From Eubacteriales bacterium (GTDB lineage Bacteria > Bacillota > Clostridia > Oscillospirales > CAG-272): a stretch of DNA of 58,113 bases. Location of the stretch: the NCBI GenBank assembly GCA_045638125.1, contig JAZUAS010000046.1, positions 1 through 58,113 on the forward strand, read 5' to 3'. Made by a program: the position numbers and the translations under genes. Of the stretch, positions 34,110 to 43,969 are shown piece after piece (the stretch's first letter is position 1; the number at the start of each line of letters is the position of its first letter). Below the pieces are notes generated by a model. The model did no database searches and was not told the origin of the DNA. It saw nothing but the letters and a program-made list of their open reading frames with translations.

Positions 34110-35201
34110 ATGGCAATTCTTTCAATAAAATTCAAAAGTTTTCTTAAGGGAACAAAATTAGGAACATTTTTGAGAAGACAACGCTGGAATAAAGGGATCT
34201 TGTCGGAATCCGGAATTCATAAAAGTATTTCACGATATATGGGCGAAATTTCAGATGTTGAACGAGAGAAAATTTTTAGTGATATAGTATCTATGGCCAA
34301 AAAATATCGTTTTAGTGCTGAAGAGTACTTTTGCTATCACTTTCAAGAAAAATCTGAAGATGAAAGAAAGACCTTTATCTCTGATTTGAATCGAATTGAT
34401 TTTTGCGAAAAGTTAAATAAGGCTACCAATTTGCCGTATTTCGACGATAAAATGCAAAGTGCCCAAACATTCGGACGTTATTATGGCCGAGATGTTTGCG
34501 GTGTGAAAAGCAATAGTGATATTGATGATTTGAAGGCGTTTTTGAAAAAACATCCTCGATTTATGTTTAAGCCGCTTACCGGAACATGTGGACAAGGAAT
34601 TTCTATTATGACGATTTCTCACAATGAAACCGAAAAAATAGAGCAACTTATTCGTGAGAATTGTTCATCCGGTAAAGATGGATTCATTGTAGAAGAATTA
34701 ATAATTCAAGTACCTGAGATGGCACAGTTCCATCCGTCCTCGCTTAATACTATCCGCGTTGCAACCGTGAAATTTGATGATGGAGTTGAGGTTATTGAGG
34801 CGTTTTTCAGAACTGGCAGAGGTGGCAACATTGTTGACAACGCCGGTGCCGGAGGTGTATTCGGAACCATTGACATTGAAACCGGTATCATTGATGCCGC
34901 TGGCGACGAATATGGAAATCTTTATGAGGTTCATCCCGATTCCGGCTTACCTATTAAGGGCTTTGCTATCCCGCGCTGGGAGGAAGCAAAAGCTATGGCA
35001 ATAGAGCTTGCTGATATAGTTAAGGGAAATCGTTATTCGGGTTGGGATCTTGCTTTGACTGAAAACGGTTGGATCATGATTGAAGGAAATGCGCGCGGAC
35101 AGTTTGTTTGGCAGATGCCTCGTCAAAAAGGTTGGCTGTCTGAAGCAAATGCAATTCTCAGAAGACTTGGATTAAATGAAATGAAAAAACTTTCTATATA
35201 A
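34110..35201 (+). CDS. ATP-grasp protein, sugar-transfer-associated type, paralog C (more divergent)
   Basis: 363 aa. It has FMFKPLTGTCGQGI, VEELIIQ, TIRVATV, NAGAGGVFG and WIMIEGNARG. Confidence 0.6.
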   Translation: MAILSIKFKSFLKGTKLGTFLRRQRWNKGILSESGIHKSISRYMGEISDVEREKIFSDIVSMAKKYRFSAEEYFCYHFQEKSEDERKTFISDLNRIDFCEKLNKATNLPYFDDKMQSAQTFGRYYGRDVCGVKSNSDIDDLKAFLKKHPRFMFKPLTGTCGQGISIMTISHNETEKIEQLIRENCSSGKDGFIVEELIIQVPEMAQFHPSSLNTIRVATVKFDDGVEVIEAFFRTGRGGNIVDNAGAGGVFGTIDIETGIIDAAGDEYGNLYEVHPDSGLPIKGFAIPRWEEAKAMAIELADIVKGNRYSGWDLALTENGWIMIEGNARGQFVWQMPRQKGWLSEANAILRRLGLNEMKKLSI

Positions 35202-35216
35202 AATTTAGGAGATTTT

Positions 35217-36521
35217 ATGAAATTAAAGAACAAAACCCTTCTTCTTATGGGCGGTGGCGCATACGTTAAGGATATTGTAAAATATAAGAACGAAAAGGAT
35301 TTTCGCATCGTGGCTCTCGGCAGAGATGCCAACACTCCTATTGCAAGGATAGCGGATGCCTTTTATCAGATCGACACACAGAACGTTGACGCGGTCTGTG
35401 AGGTAGTAGAAAAAGAGGGAGTAAACGGTATTTTCGTAGGCGCGTCCGAGGTAAATATCGCCCCCGCCATCACTGTAAGCGAGAGAACAGGATGTAATTT
35501 CTATACAAACAGAAAGCAGTGGGATATTCTTGCCAACAAGGCAAAATTTAAGGAATACTGCCGCAAATACGGAGTTCCGGTAGTGCCCGAGTTTGATATT
35601 AAGCCCGGATATACCAAGGCAGACGTGGAAAAGCTTCAGTTTCCCGTACTCCTTAAGCCTACCGATAGCTCGGGAGCGAGAGGAATGAATGCTTGTTACC
35701 GCGCTGAGGACTTTGATGCCCTTTATGAAGAAGCTTTGCGTTGGTCGCCTAAAAAGGAAGTCATTGTTGAGGAATTGATAACAGGTGCTGACGAGGTCTT
35801 CTTCCAGTACACTCTGCAGGACGGGGAGTGCTCGCTTACCTCTTGCTTTACCAAGGTGTTCGTTAAGACCGAGAACAAGTCCTTGATACTTCCCATTTTC
35901 CACATGTATCCCAGCCAATATATCGAAAACTATTTCTCGGAGGTTCACGAGAGCGTTAAGGCGATGTTTCGCGCCATAGACGTGAGAGATGGTGTTATGA
36001 CTCTCCAAAGCTTCTATAGAAACGGACGATTCTATGTGTTTGAGGCCGGATTCAGAATGGGCGGCGCGCAGAATTACATATTCTCCGAGTACCAGAACGG
36101 AAATAATTCACTTAACTATATGATCAATTACGCTCTTACGGGCAGCATGAACGATAGACCCATTGTTGAGAGCGATAATGCTCGATTCCGCCACCCCTGC
36201 TGCAACTATTATGTTGGTTTGAAGGCAGGTGTTATTGCCAAAATGGGCGGTGTTGCAGAGGCGGAAAAACTGCCGGGTGTCCTTAATGTAACGGTTATGG
36301 CACATGAGGGTGAGGAAATATTGGATACCAACGCTCTTGAGCGTGTTTGCTTGAGAATTCACGTGGTTGGTGAAACGCCCGAAAAGCTTGCTGAAAATCT
36401 TGTGCGTATCAGTGACACGCTTAATATAATCTCCACCGAAGGAGAGGATATGCAGCTTGAACCCCTTTCTTATGATCGTTGTCTTGATGCCATTCACGGC
36501 GCGACATCATTTAACAAATAA
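35217..36521 (+). CDS. ATP-grasp carboxylate-amine ligase (second CPSase-like ATP-grasp)
   Basis: 434 aa. It has LLMGGGAY, LKPTDSSGARGM, VEELITG and VFEAGFRMGG. Confidence 0.7.
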   Translation: MKLKNKTLLLMGGGAYVKDIVKYKNEKDFRIVALGRDANTPIARIADAFYQIDTQNVDAVCEVVEKEGVNGIFVGASEVNIAPAITVSERTGCNFYTNRKQWDILANKAKFKEYCRKYGVPVVPEFDIKPGYTKADVEKLQFPVLLKPTDSSGARGMNACYRAEDFDALYEEALRWSPKKEVIVEELITGADEVFFQYTLQDGECSLTSCFTKVFVKTENKSLILPIFHMYPSQYIENYFSEVHESVKAMFRAIDVRDGVMTLQSFYRNGRFYVFEAGFRMGGAQNYIFSEYQNGNNSLNYMINYALTGSMNDRPIVESDNARFRHPCCNYYVGLKAGVIAKMGGVAEAEKLPGVLNVTVMAHEGEEILDTNALERVCLRIHVVGETPEKLAENLVRISDTLNIISTEGEDMQLEPLSYDRCLDAIHGATSFNK

Positions 36522-36532
36522 GGAGAAAATCA

Positions 36533-37897
36533 ATGCCAATTGAATTTTTGTATTTGGCTGTCGTGTTTGCGGTAGCGATCATTGGATTTATGGTGATCAA
36601 GCGTCCTCTTTATGAGTGTATGTTTGCTTCATTCATAGTGTTGGTTGCTATAACAGGTACGTGGGCTAATATTGGAAATTATATATGGGATGCGCTCAAA
36701 GAGCCCACGATGTACATAATTTTTGTGTTCATTATTTCAGCTCATTTGCTTTCAAAAACCAGTGTTATCGATGATTGTATTGCTATAATACTTTCTATCT
36801 TCGGCAAGCTGCCCGGAGGAGCCGGCTTCGTTTCAATTATAGGAAGCTCATATATGGGCTCTCTTTCGGGAAGCGGCCCCGGTAACGTGGCAACCACAGG
36901 TGTATTCACCATCCCCGCGATGATCAAATCGGGATTTCCCCCACACCTTGCCGCAAATGTTGAGGCACACGCATCAACTATGGGTAATATGATCCCTCCC
37001 GCAGGTATGATCGGTATAGCTTTTGCCGCACTGAATACCCTGTATCCCGGGAAATATACCGAGTCCCAGTATTGGATCCTTCTTTGGGGAGTGGCGCTCT
37101 GGTTTATTCTTCAGCGTATAGTAACCCTTTATTTCATGTGCCTTTACTACAAGGTAAAGCCTATGTCTAAGGAAGACGTTCCGCCCGTTTGGCAGTCGAT
37201 CAAAAAGGGATGGAAGGCGATATTTTTGCCTATCATCGTATTTGTACCGTTCCTGCTTACCAGTAATTTTGATGAATTTCTCAAGTCGCGCATAGGCGAT
37301 GCGGGCACAAAGGCGCTCAATAATAGCCTGCTTCTCTTGATTCCATCTATTATCGTTATTGCGGGTATTTTGCTTTCGGGTAGAAAGGGAATCAAGAGTG
37401 TTACTCCCCGCGTGCTTTATGAGGGAATTGAAAAGGGTATGCTTAAAGTTGTGCCCACCGCATCATTGGTGCTCTTTGCATATTTCGTAAGCAATGTTTT
37501 TGCGGATCTTAACGTAGAGGTTGCCATTGGTGAGTTTATCAGCTCGCTTAATATGAGCCATTGGTTGCTTTGTCTGACTATCCCGCTTTTTACGGCGATT
37601 CTCGGTATGCTTCTGCCCGGCTCTACTCAGGTCAAGATCTTTGGCGGAATTATTATTTCCATTATGGCGGCTGCCGGAGGTAATCCTATGCTTGCGGCTG
37701 CTATGCTCCCTTGCATTTGCGGTGCTATGCATGGCGTAACCCCACCTTATTGCGCATGTGTTTATACGGGAATGGGTATTGCTCAATCCGAGCTTAAGCC
37801 GACACTCAAAAACTGTATGATCTGGGTAGCGCTTCACTATATTATGTCGGTTATTATCTGGCTCGAATGGCTCCCCATCTGGGGATTGATAAAGTAA
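36533..37897 (+). CDS. DctM-like (TRAP large-subunit / ion-transporter superfamily) permease, orphan
   Basis: 454-aa polytopic protein. GSLSGSGPGNVATTGVFTIPAMIKSGF...GNMIPPAG resembles the DctM signature (GS..A...A.G....P.M...G...........IPPS). No DctP or DctQ gene is nearby. Confidence 0.5.
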   Translation: MPIEFLYLAVVFAVAIIGFMVIKRPLYECMFASFIVLVAITGTWANIGNYIWDALKEPTMYIIFVFIISAHLLSKTSVIDDCIAIILSIFGKLPGGAGFVSIIGSSYMGSLSGSGPGNVATTGVFTIPAMIKSGFPPHLAANVEAHASTMGNMIPPAGMIGIAFAALNTLYPGKYTESQYWILLWGVALWFILQRIVTLYFMCLYYKVKPMSKEDVPPVWQSIKKGWKAIFLPIIVFVPFLLTSNFDEFLKSRIGDAGTKALNNSLLLLIPSIIVIAGILLSGRKGIKSVTPRVLYEGIEKGMLKVVPTASLVLFAYFVSNVFADLNVEVAIGEFISSLNMSHWLLCLTIPLFTAILGMLLPGSTQVKIFGGIIISIMAAAGGNPMLAAAMLPCICGAMHGVTPPYCACVYTGMGIAQSELKPTLKNCMIWVALHYIMSVIIWLEWLPIWGLIK

Positions 37898-37907
37898 GGA
37901 GGTTGCC

Positions 37908-38192
37908 ATGAGAAAAAAGATATTTGCAATTCTCAACAAAATATACGGTGTTATGATGACCGTATCATTCTTTGGCGGCTGCTTGCCTCTTATACCTTTT
38001 ATCGTTGCACTCTGTGTTGGCGGAGAGACGGGGGAAAGTATTGCGGTGTTCCTTAAAGATCAGTACTACCCTTGGGTTATCGTTATCGGATGTGTTGCGA
38101 TCCTTGTAGGTCTTGTAGCTATGTATATAGGCAAGATGGAGGGGCTTTCGGTGAAGAAGATCAACACCGATAATAATGAGAAAAAGGATTGA
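37908..38192 (+). CDS. Small membrane protein (hypothetical), possibly a permease accessory subunit
   Basis: 94 aa with 2-3 hydrophobic segments. AAGGAGG RBS, 10 nt after the permease stop. Confidence 0.45.
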   Translation: MRKKIFAILNKIYGVMMTVSFFGGCLPLIPFIVALCVGGETGESIAVFLKDQYYPWVIVIGCVAILVGLVAMYIGKMEGLSVKKINTDNNEKKD

Positions 38193-38227
38193 CCATTTAT
38201 TAAAATAACGAGGAGCTTTACTGTTTT

Positions 38228-39445
38228 ATGAAAATATTGTTTTTAGCAAGTTCATTGAGAGTACCTAATCCGTCGTGGCATCTTATGAAGGCACTTATGG
38301 AGGATGTTCTTGATGCGGGAATAGAGATTCATGCAATACAACGTCATCGTTCCGATGCTACTATGCCTCCTTTTCCCGACAGTATATTGAACCATAAGAA
38401 TTTCTCATATACGGAAGTGACGTGCAAGCCAATTAATAAAAAGAAATTTGTTAAGCGTTATCTTGAGGCAATGGGATACTCTTGGAAGTTGCGTAAACAT
38501 ATAAGAAAGAATAACGATTACGACGCGATCTTTATGCAATCGTCGATCAATTCTTTCTATACTATGTGCTATGCCCGTCATTTTGCAAAGAAGCGTCCTG
38601 TGATCTTCAACAGTCAGGATATGTTCCCTGGAAGTGCTATTGCCAACGGCTCTATGCCCCAAAAGTGGATGCAGAAGATATTTTATACGATGCAGCGTTA
38701 CGCATACAAAAAGGTAACTATATTCACCGCAATATCCGAGGATATGAAGATCAAATTGATGGAGCAGGGAGTTCCCGAGGAGAAGATCAAGGTCATCGTC
38801 AACTGGTACGACGATGCCGCCGTAAAGGAGATCTCTTGGGAGGATAACCGCTTCGTCAAGCAGGAAAATATGTCGCGCGATAAGTTCTACGTGCAATATG
38901 CGGGAACTATGGGTACAAACTTTAATCCTGACGTTATTCTCGATGCCGCAGCGCGGTTGAAGGATAAAAAGGACATAATTTTCCAGATGATCGGAAATGG
39001 TGTTCGCCGCGACAATTTTGAGAAAAACGCCAAGGAGCGTGGGCTTGACAACATCATATTTTTGCCGCTTCAGCCCCAGGATATGGTTGCCGACGTTTAT
39101 AGCGCTTGCTCTGTGTGTCTCATACCCTTGAAACGCGGAGTTATCGGAAATTCCGTGCCCAGCAAGGCGGGACTTCTTATGGCTTGTCGCCGCGTTATCG
39201 TCAATTCTGTTGACTCGGGAAGCGATTACGGCGATATGTTCGAGCGAGAGAAGATAGGCTTCTCTGCAGACATTGAGGACGGAGAAAAGATCGCTCGTGA
39301 CATTCTCTATCTCTATGAAAATCCCGACGTGCGCGAGGAATATGCAAATAGAGCCAAGGAATACGGAGAAAAAGAGTATTCCAGAACTGTTAACACTAAA
39401 AAGTATATAGAATTATTTAAAAGCTTTGAAAAACAGGAGAATTAA
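38228..39445 (+). CDS. Glycosyltransferase family 4 (WbuB-like)
   Basis: 405 aa with a GT-B fold pattern. The C-terminal half has the EX7E-like region PSKAGLLMACRRVIVNS. Confidence 0.7.
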   Translation: MKILFLASSLRVPNPSWHLMKALMEDVLDAGIEIHAIQRHRSDATMPPFPDSILNHKNFSYTEVTCKPINKKKFVKRYLEAMGYSWKLRKHIRKNNDYDAIFMQSSINSFYTMCYARHFAKKRPVIFNSQDMFPGSAIANGSMPQKWMQKIFYTMQRYAYKKVTIFTAISEDMKIKLMEQGVPEEKIKVIVNWYDDAAVKEISWEDNRFVKQENMSRDKFYVQYAGTMGTNFNPDVILDAAARLKDKKDIIFQMIGNGVRRDNFEKNAKERGLDNIIFLPLQPQDMVADVYSACSVCLIPLKRGVIGNSVPSKAGLLMACRRVIVNSVDSGSDYGDMFEREKIGFSADIEDGEKIARDILYLYENPDVREEYANRAKEYGEKEYSRTVNTKKYIELFKSFEKQEN

Positions 39446-39448
39446 TTA

Positions 39449-40504
39449 ATGAAGGGTAAGTATAAGATCGGTGTATGGGGACAGTTTGGCGGCGGCAAGC
39501 AGGTCGCGGACGGTCAGGCGGTCAAAACCATCATTTTTGCCGAGGAATTGAGAAAAAAATACGGCGCCGATAAGGTATTCACAGTTGATACCAATAATTG
39601 GCGCAAGCATCCCTTCAGATTGTTCTTTAACACCTTAAAAATGAACGCAAAATGCGAAAACGTCTGCATTTTGCCTGCGGATAACGGATTTAAGATCTGT
39701 GTTCCACTGCTTAATTTTACTAACGCGTTCTTCCGCAGAACCATGTATTACGTTGTAATAGGCGGATTTTTGCCGGCTCTTCTCAAGCGTGAGCCGAAAT
39801 ACTTAAAAATGCTGAAAAAGTACAGAGCGCATTTTCCCGAGACCGAAAACCTCAAGAAGGATATGGAGGATGCGGGACTGGAGAATGTTCACGTGCTCCA
39901 CAACCTCAAGCGTTTGAATACGCTGTCGCCCTCTGAAGTCGAGGTCTGTCAAGAAAAAGAGGTAAAGGTTTGTACCTTTGCCCGTATAACCGAAACCAAG
40001 GGAGTTGCCTACGCTATCGATGCGGTCAAATTGGCAAACGAAAAGCTTGGCGGTAATTATATAAAATTGGATATGTACGGCATCTGCCCGCCATCATATC
40101 AGCCTACTTATGATAAGCTTTTGGCGGAAAACGGTGATTTTGTAACCTACGGCGGCGTGGTTGATTTCAACAAAACCACCGAGGTGCTGAGAAATTATTT
40201 TGCAATGTTGTTTCCCACCTTTTATCACGGAGAAGGCTTCCCGGGAACCGTTATCGATGCTTATAATGCGGCGCTTCCTATGATAGCGACCCGTTGGAAT
40301 TACAATGCCGACGTAATCGAGGACGGAGTTAACGGGATTTTGGTTCCCATCAAGGATGCTGAGGCAATGTGTAACGCCTTGCTTGAGCTTTATAACGATC
40401 GTGATAGAGCGCATAAGATCGCTATTAACAATCTGAACTCCGCGGCACAGTATACCCCCGACAGAGTGTTGGAAAAGTTTTATAAGTTTGTTGATCAAGC
40501 TTAA
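39449..40504 (+). CDS. Glycosyltransferase (GT4/GT1-like)
   Basis: 351 aa. It has GEGFPGTVIDAYNAALPMIATRWNYNADVIEDGVNGILV (GT4 E-x7-E region). Confidence 0.7.
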   Translation: MKGKYKIGVWGQFGGGKQVADGQAVKTIIFAEELRKKYGADKVFTVDTNNWRKHPFRLFFNTLKMNAKCENVCILPADNGFKICVPLLNFTNAFFRRTMYYVVIGGFLPALLKREPKYLKMLKKYRAHFPETENLKKDMEDAGLENVHVLHNLKRLNTLSPSEVEVCQEKEVKVCTFARITETKGVAYAIDAVKLANEKLGGNYIKLDMYGICPPSYQPTYDKLLAENGDFVTYGGVVDFNKTTEVLRNYFAMLFPTFYHGEGFPGTVIDAYNAALPMIATRWNYNADVIEDGVNGILVPIKDAEAMCNALLELYNDRDRAHKIAINNLNSAAQYTPDRVLEKFYKFVDQA

Positions 40505-40521
40505 TTTAAGGAGTAAATCGC

Positions 40522-41589
40522 ATGAAAAAACTGCTAATTGTCATTCCGTCACTTCAACAGGGCGGAGGTCAAAAGTTTGTTATGGATCTTGCCAAAGGTA
40601 TTGATGCCACTAAATATCAAGTTAAGATATTAGTGTATTATCCAAAGAGTGATTCTATTTTTGATCGTTTTGCAGAAGAGAATCAAATGGATATGGTTTA
40701 TCTTGATAAAAGAGTTGGTTTGGACATATCCTTTTTCAAGAAAGTGCGCGCAGTTGTAAGAGAATATCGTCCCGATGTTATTCACACCCATCTCGACAGT
40801 ATGCTTTATCTCCTTCCGGTTTACAAAAGGAAACAGATTAAGTTGCACACGGTTCATACACTTGCTGAAAAGGAGACGGGCGGCTTGCAGGGAGTAGTGA
40901 GATTCTTTGCATATAAAATTCTCGGTGTTCTTCCTGTGGGTATAAGCGACACGGTTGCTGACAGTATTGCGCGTGAGCATAAGATCAAGCGCGACAAGGT
41001 TCCCGTGGTTTACAACGGTGTTGATTGCAGGCGTTACGATCTTCCCAAAATTAAATCAGATAAAATCCGTTTTGTTACGGTTGGTAACATATATTATGTT
41101 AAAAATTACTCGTTTTTAGTCGATTGCTTCGCCGAGGTTGCCCGTGAAATTGAAAACGTATCTCTCACTATCGTTGGGGATGGCGTGCTTCGCGGTAAGA
41201 TAGAGGAGCTATCGCGAAGATTGGGAGTTGCCGATAAGGTTCGTGTAACCGGTGTGGTTTCTGACGTAGAAAATTATCTGGCAGATGCCGATATATATGT
41301 AGCTTCGTCAAAATTTGAGGGGTTGCCTATTTCAATGTTAGAGGCTATGTCTGCCGGACTCCCGGTTATTTCAACGAATGTTGGCGGTGTTCCCGATATT
41401 ATAAAAACCGGTGAAAATGGTATTCTTGTTGCTTCAGGTGATAGGGAAGGATACGTTAAAGCTCTTCGTGAGCTGATAACCGATGCGGAAAAGAGAAGCG
41501 AGTACTCGAGAAGAGCAAAGATTTTTTCTGCAAAATATGATGAAACTGTAACAATTGCTGGGTATCAGGCCCTCTATGACGGTGTTTGA
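40522..41589 (+). CDS. Glycosyltransferase family 4
   Basis: 355 aa. It has N-terminal GGGQKFV and C-terminal FEGLPISMLEAMSAGLPVISTNVGGVPDIIKTGENGILV. Confidence 0.8.
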   Translation: MKKLLIVIPSLQQGGGQKFVMDLAKGIDATKYQVKILVYYPKSDSIFDRFAEENQMDMVYLDKRVGLDISFFKKVRAVVREYRPDVIHTHLDSMLYLLPVYKRKQIKLHTVHTLAEKETGGLQGVVRFFAYKILGVLPVGISDTVADSIAREHKIKRDKVPVVYNGVDCRRYDLPKIKSDKIRFVTVGNIYYVKNYSFLVDCFAEVAREIENVSLTIVGDGVLRGKIEELSRRLGVADKVRVTGVVSDVENYLADADIYVASSKFEGLPISMLEAMSAGLPVISTNVGGVPDIIKTGENGILVASGDREGYVKALRELITDAEKRSEYSRRAKIFSAKYDETVTIAGYQALYDGV

Positions 41590-41603
41590 AAAAGGAGAAA
41601 ACA

Positions 41604-42791
41604 ATGCGTATTTTGTTATATAGCGATTTTGCGCTTCCGGATAGTTGTGCAGATGCTACACGAGTAATTAATTTTGCAAAACTTTTGCGTGATCTTGGAC
41701 ATGATGTGACGCTTCAGGGGGTTCAGTATAAAGCCGACGGAGAATTAGAGGGAAACTATGATGGTTTGTCATTCAAAATGTTTCGTGCAGGTCAGTGGTT
41801 TGGTTTCCAGGCTCCCCGGCGTGTTCGCGGTCTTGAGCGTGATATTACGAATTATTTGCATGAACACTTGGGAGACCGAGCCTTCGATGTGATTTTTCTT
41901 TCGGGGATTTATTATGATTTTACGAAGCCTTTCCTCAAATATTCCAAGCGTTGCGGAGCAAAATTGATCGTTAATTCTTTGGAGTGGTACGACAAGAAGA
42001 ACACGTATTTTATTGGATTGCGCGGTAAGATCACTTTTGTGAAAAATCGTATAGCACTTAGGCATATATTTGTAAAAATGAAGAATATTTTTGCAATCAG
42101 CTCGCTTTTGGATGATTATTACAAGTCGAGAGGCTGCAATACTGTGACGGTGCCCACTATTGTGGATATGAGGGAATACGAAAGTGTAGCAAATACTGAA
42201 AAATCACGCGATGGAATAGTACGTATCGCCTATGCCGGTACGCCGGAAAGAAAGGATTATGTGGTTAATGCAATTCGCTCACTTTCTCTTCTTTCCAAGG
42301 AAGAAAGAGAGAGGATAGAGCTTCATTTTTACGGCCCGAGCCAACAATATCTGACTAAGCTTGCGCTTACACCCGAAGAGCTTGAGGCTTGTAGAGAACG
42401 TGTCATTTGCCACGGCAGAATTCCTTATCAAGAAGTAAAGGAAAGGATCGCCGCGGCAGACTTTACAGTGCTTTTGCGCCCCAATAAGCGTTATGCAAAC
42501 GCGGGATTCCCCACGAAGGTGGGCGAGAGTATGGCTTGCGGCACACCGGTGATAGCTAATATTACCAGTGATCTCGGAAGGTATATTTTAGACGGCAAGA
42601 CGGGTATAGTATGCAAAGACGAGACTCCCGAGGCTTGCGCCGAGGCATTTCGACGCGCGATTGCGATGAGTGAGGATGAGCGCAAGGAAATGCATGCGGC
42701 GACTCTTGCTATGGCAAAAAAAGCCTTTGATTACAGAGCCTATAACGAGGCTATAGAAAAATTTTTACAAGCTTGTTTGACAAGAGGATAA
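41604..42791 (+). CDS. Glycosyltransferase family 4
   Basis: ATG 41604 follows AAAGGAG. It has NAGFPTKVGESMACGTPVIANITSDLGRYILDGKTGIV. Confidence 0.7.
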   Translation: MRILLYSDFALPDSCADATRVINFAKLLRDLGHDVTLQGVQYKADGELEGNYDGLSFKMFRAGQWFGFQAPRRVRGLERDITNYLHEHLGDRAFDVIFLSGIYYDFTKPFLKYSKRCGAKLIVNSLEWYDKKNTYFIGLRGKITFVKNRIALRHIFVKMKNIFAISSLLDDYYKSRGCNTVTVPTIVDMREYESVANTEKSRDGIVRIAYAGTPERKDYVVNAIRSLSLLSKEERERIELHFYGPSQQYLTKLALTPEELEACRERVICHGRIPYQEVKERIAAADFTVLLRPNKRYANAGFPTKVGESMACGTPVIANITSDLGRYILDGKTGIVCKDETPEACAEAFRRAIAMSEDERKEMHAATLAMAKKAFDYRAYNEAIEKFLQACLTRG

Positions 42792-42794
42792 TTT

Positions 42795-43961
42795 ATGAAA
42801 AAATGTTTGTTTGTGATGCACGCTCTGGATATGGGCGGCTCGGGCACGTCACTGCTCAACCTTCTTTCTCTTTATCAGGATAGAGGAGAGACCTGCGATC
42901 TGTTTTTAATGGCGCAGGAAGGAGCTTTGTTAGATAGAGCAAGAGCAGTTGCAAATCTTTTGCCTGAGGACAAGCTCCTGTCGTCGGTAATGGTTTCCAA
43001 AAAAGGCCTGAAGAAGCGAGGATTTTCCGCTTTCTTTATTCGCGCCTGCTTTGTCGTTGCCCGCCGTTTGTTCGGAACGGGACGCACTGTTAGATGGGTG
43101 TATAAAAAAAGTGCCAAGCGTTTTGAGGGCAAGTACGATACGGTTATCGCTTATCAGGAGTCGTTGCCTACCGAGTACGCGCAGTATATTCCCGCCAAAC
43201 GCCGAGTTGCGTGGTGTCACTCAAACTATGATGCTTTTTCATCAGGTAAAAGCGACGAGATGCAAAAGTCACTTTATGAAAAATACGACCATATTGTCTG
43301 TGTAACAAATGTGATCAAGCAGGCTTTGATTGATAGACTTGGATGTTCGCCGGATTCCGTTTCCGTTGTATATAACACCATCCCATCCAAATTCATCAAT
43401 AATCGTGCAGATGCAGAGAAGGTAGATATTGTGAAAAAGCAGTTTGTTTTCGTTTCCATGGGGCGCTTTTCAAACGAGAAACGTTTTGAACGCGCGGTGC
43501 TTGCCGCAGAAGCTCTTAAGAGCCGCGGTGTTGATTTTGCGTGGTATATCCTTGGTAACGGACCGCTTTTTGAAGACATAAATAAAATGGTAGAGGAAAA
43601 GAATCTATCGGCTGAAGTCATCCTCACAGGTTTGAAAATAAACCCCTTTCCATATCTCAAGCAATCGGATTGCTTTGTTATGACATCGGAAAACGAGGGA
43701 CAGCCAATGGTGCTTAACGAGGCGTTGACTCTCGGTGTTCCTACCATAACCACGGGATTTCCTTCAGCGTGCGAGGTAGTAAACGACGGAGTAAACGGTA
43801 TTATCGTGCCGAATACCGACGAGGGCGTGATTGAAGGTGTTATTCGTTTTACCGAGGATGCGGTTCTTCGCGAGCAAATCAGGCGCGGAGCGAATGATTT
43901 TTTATATGATAATGAAAGTATTTTGAGCCAAGTTTCTCAAATTGCTACTTTGGAGAATTGA
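42795..43961 (+). CDS. Glycosyltransferase family 4
   Basis: 388 aa. It has GGSGTSLLNLL and SENEGQPMVLNEALTLGVPTITTGFPSACEVVNDGVNGIIV. Confidence 0.8.
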   Translation: MKKCLFVMHALDMGGSGTSLLNLLSLYQDRGETCDLFLMAQEGALLDRARAVANLLPEDKLLSSVMVSKKGLKKRGFSAFFIRACFVVARRLFGTGRTVRWVYKKSAKRFEGKYDTVIAYQESLPTEYAQYIPAKRRVAWCHSNYDAFSSGKSDEMQKSLYEKYDHIVCVTNVIKQALIDRLGCSPDSVSVVYNTIPSKFINNRADAEKVDIVKKQFVFVSMGRFSNEKRFERAVLAAEALKSRGVDFAWYILGNGPLFEDINKMVEEKNLSAEVILTGLKINPFPYLKQSDCFVMTSENEGQPMVLNEALTLGVPTITTGFPSACEVVNDGVNGIIVPNTDEGVIEGVIRFTEDAVLREQIRRGANDFLYDNESILSQVSQIATLEN

Positions 43962-43969
43962 TTTCGATT

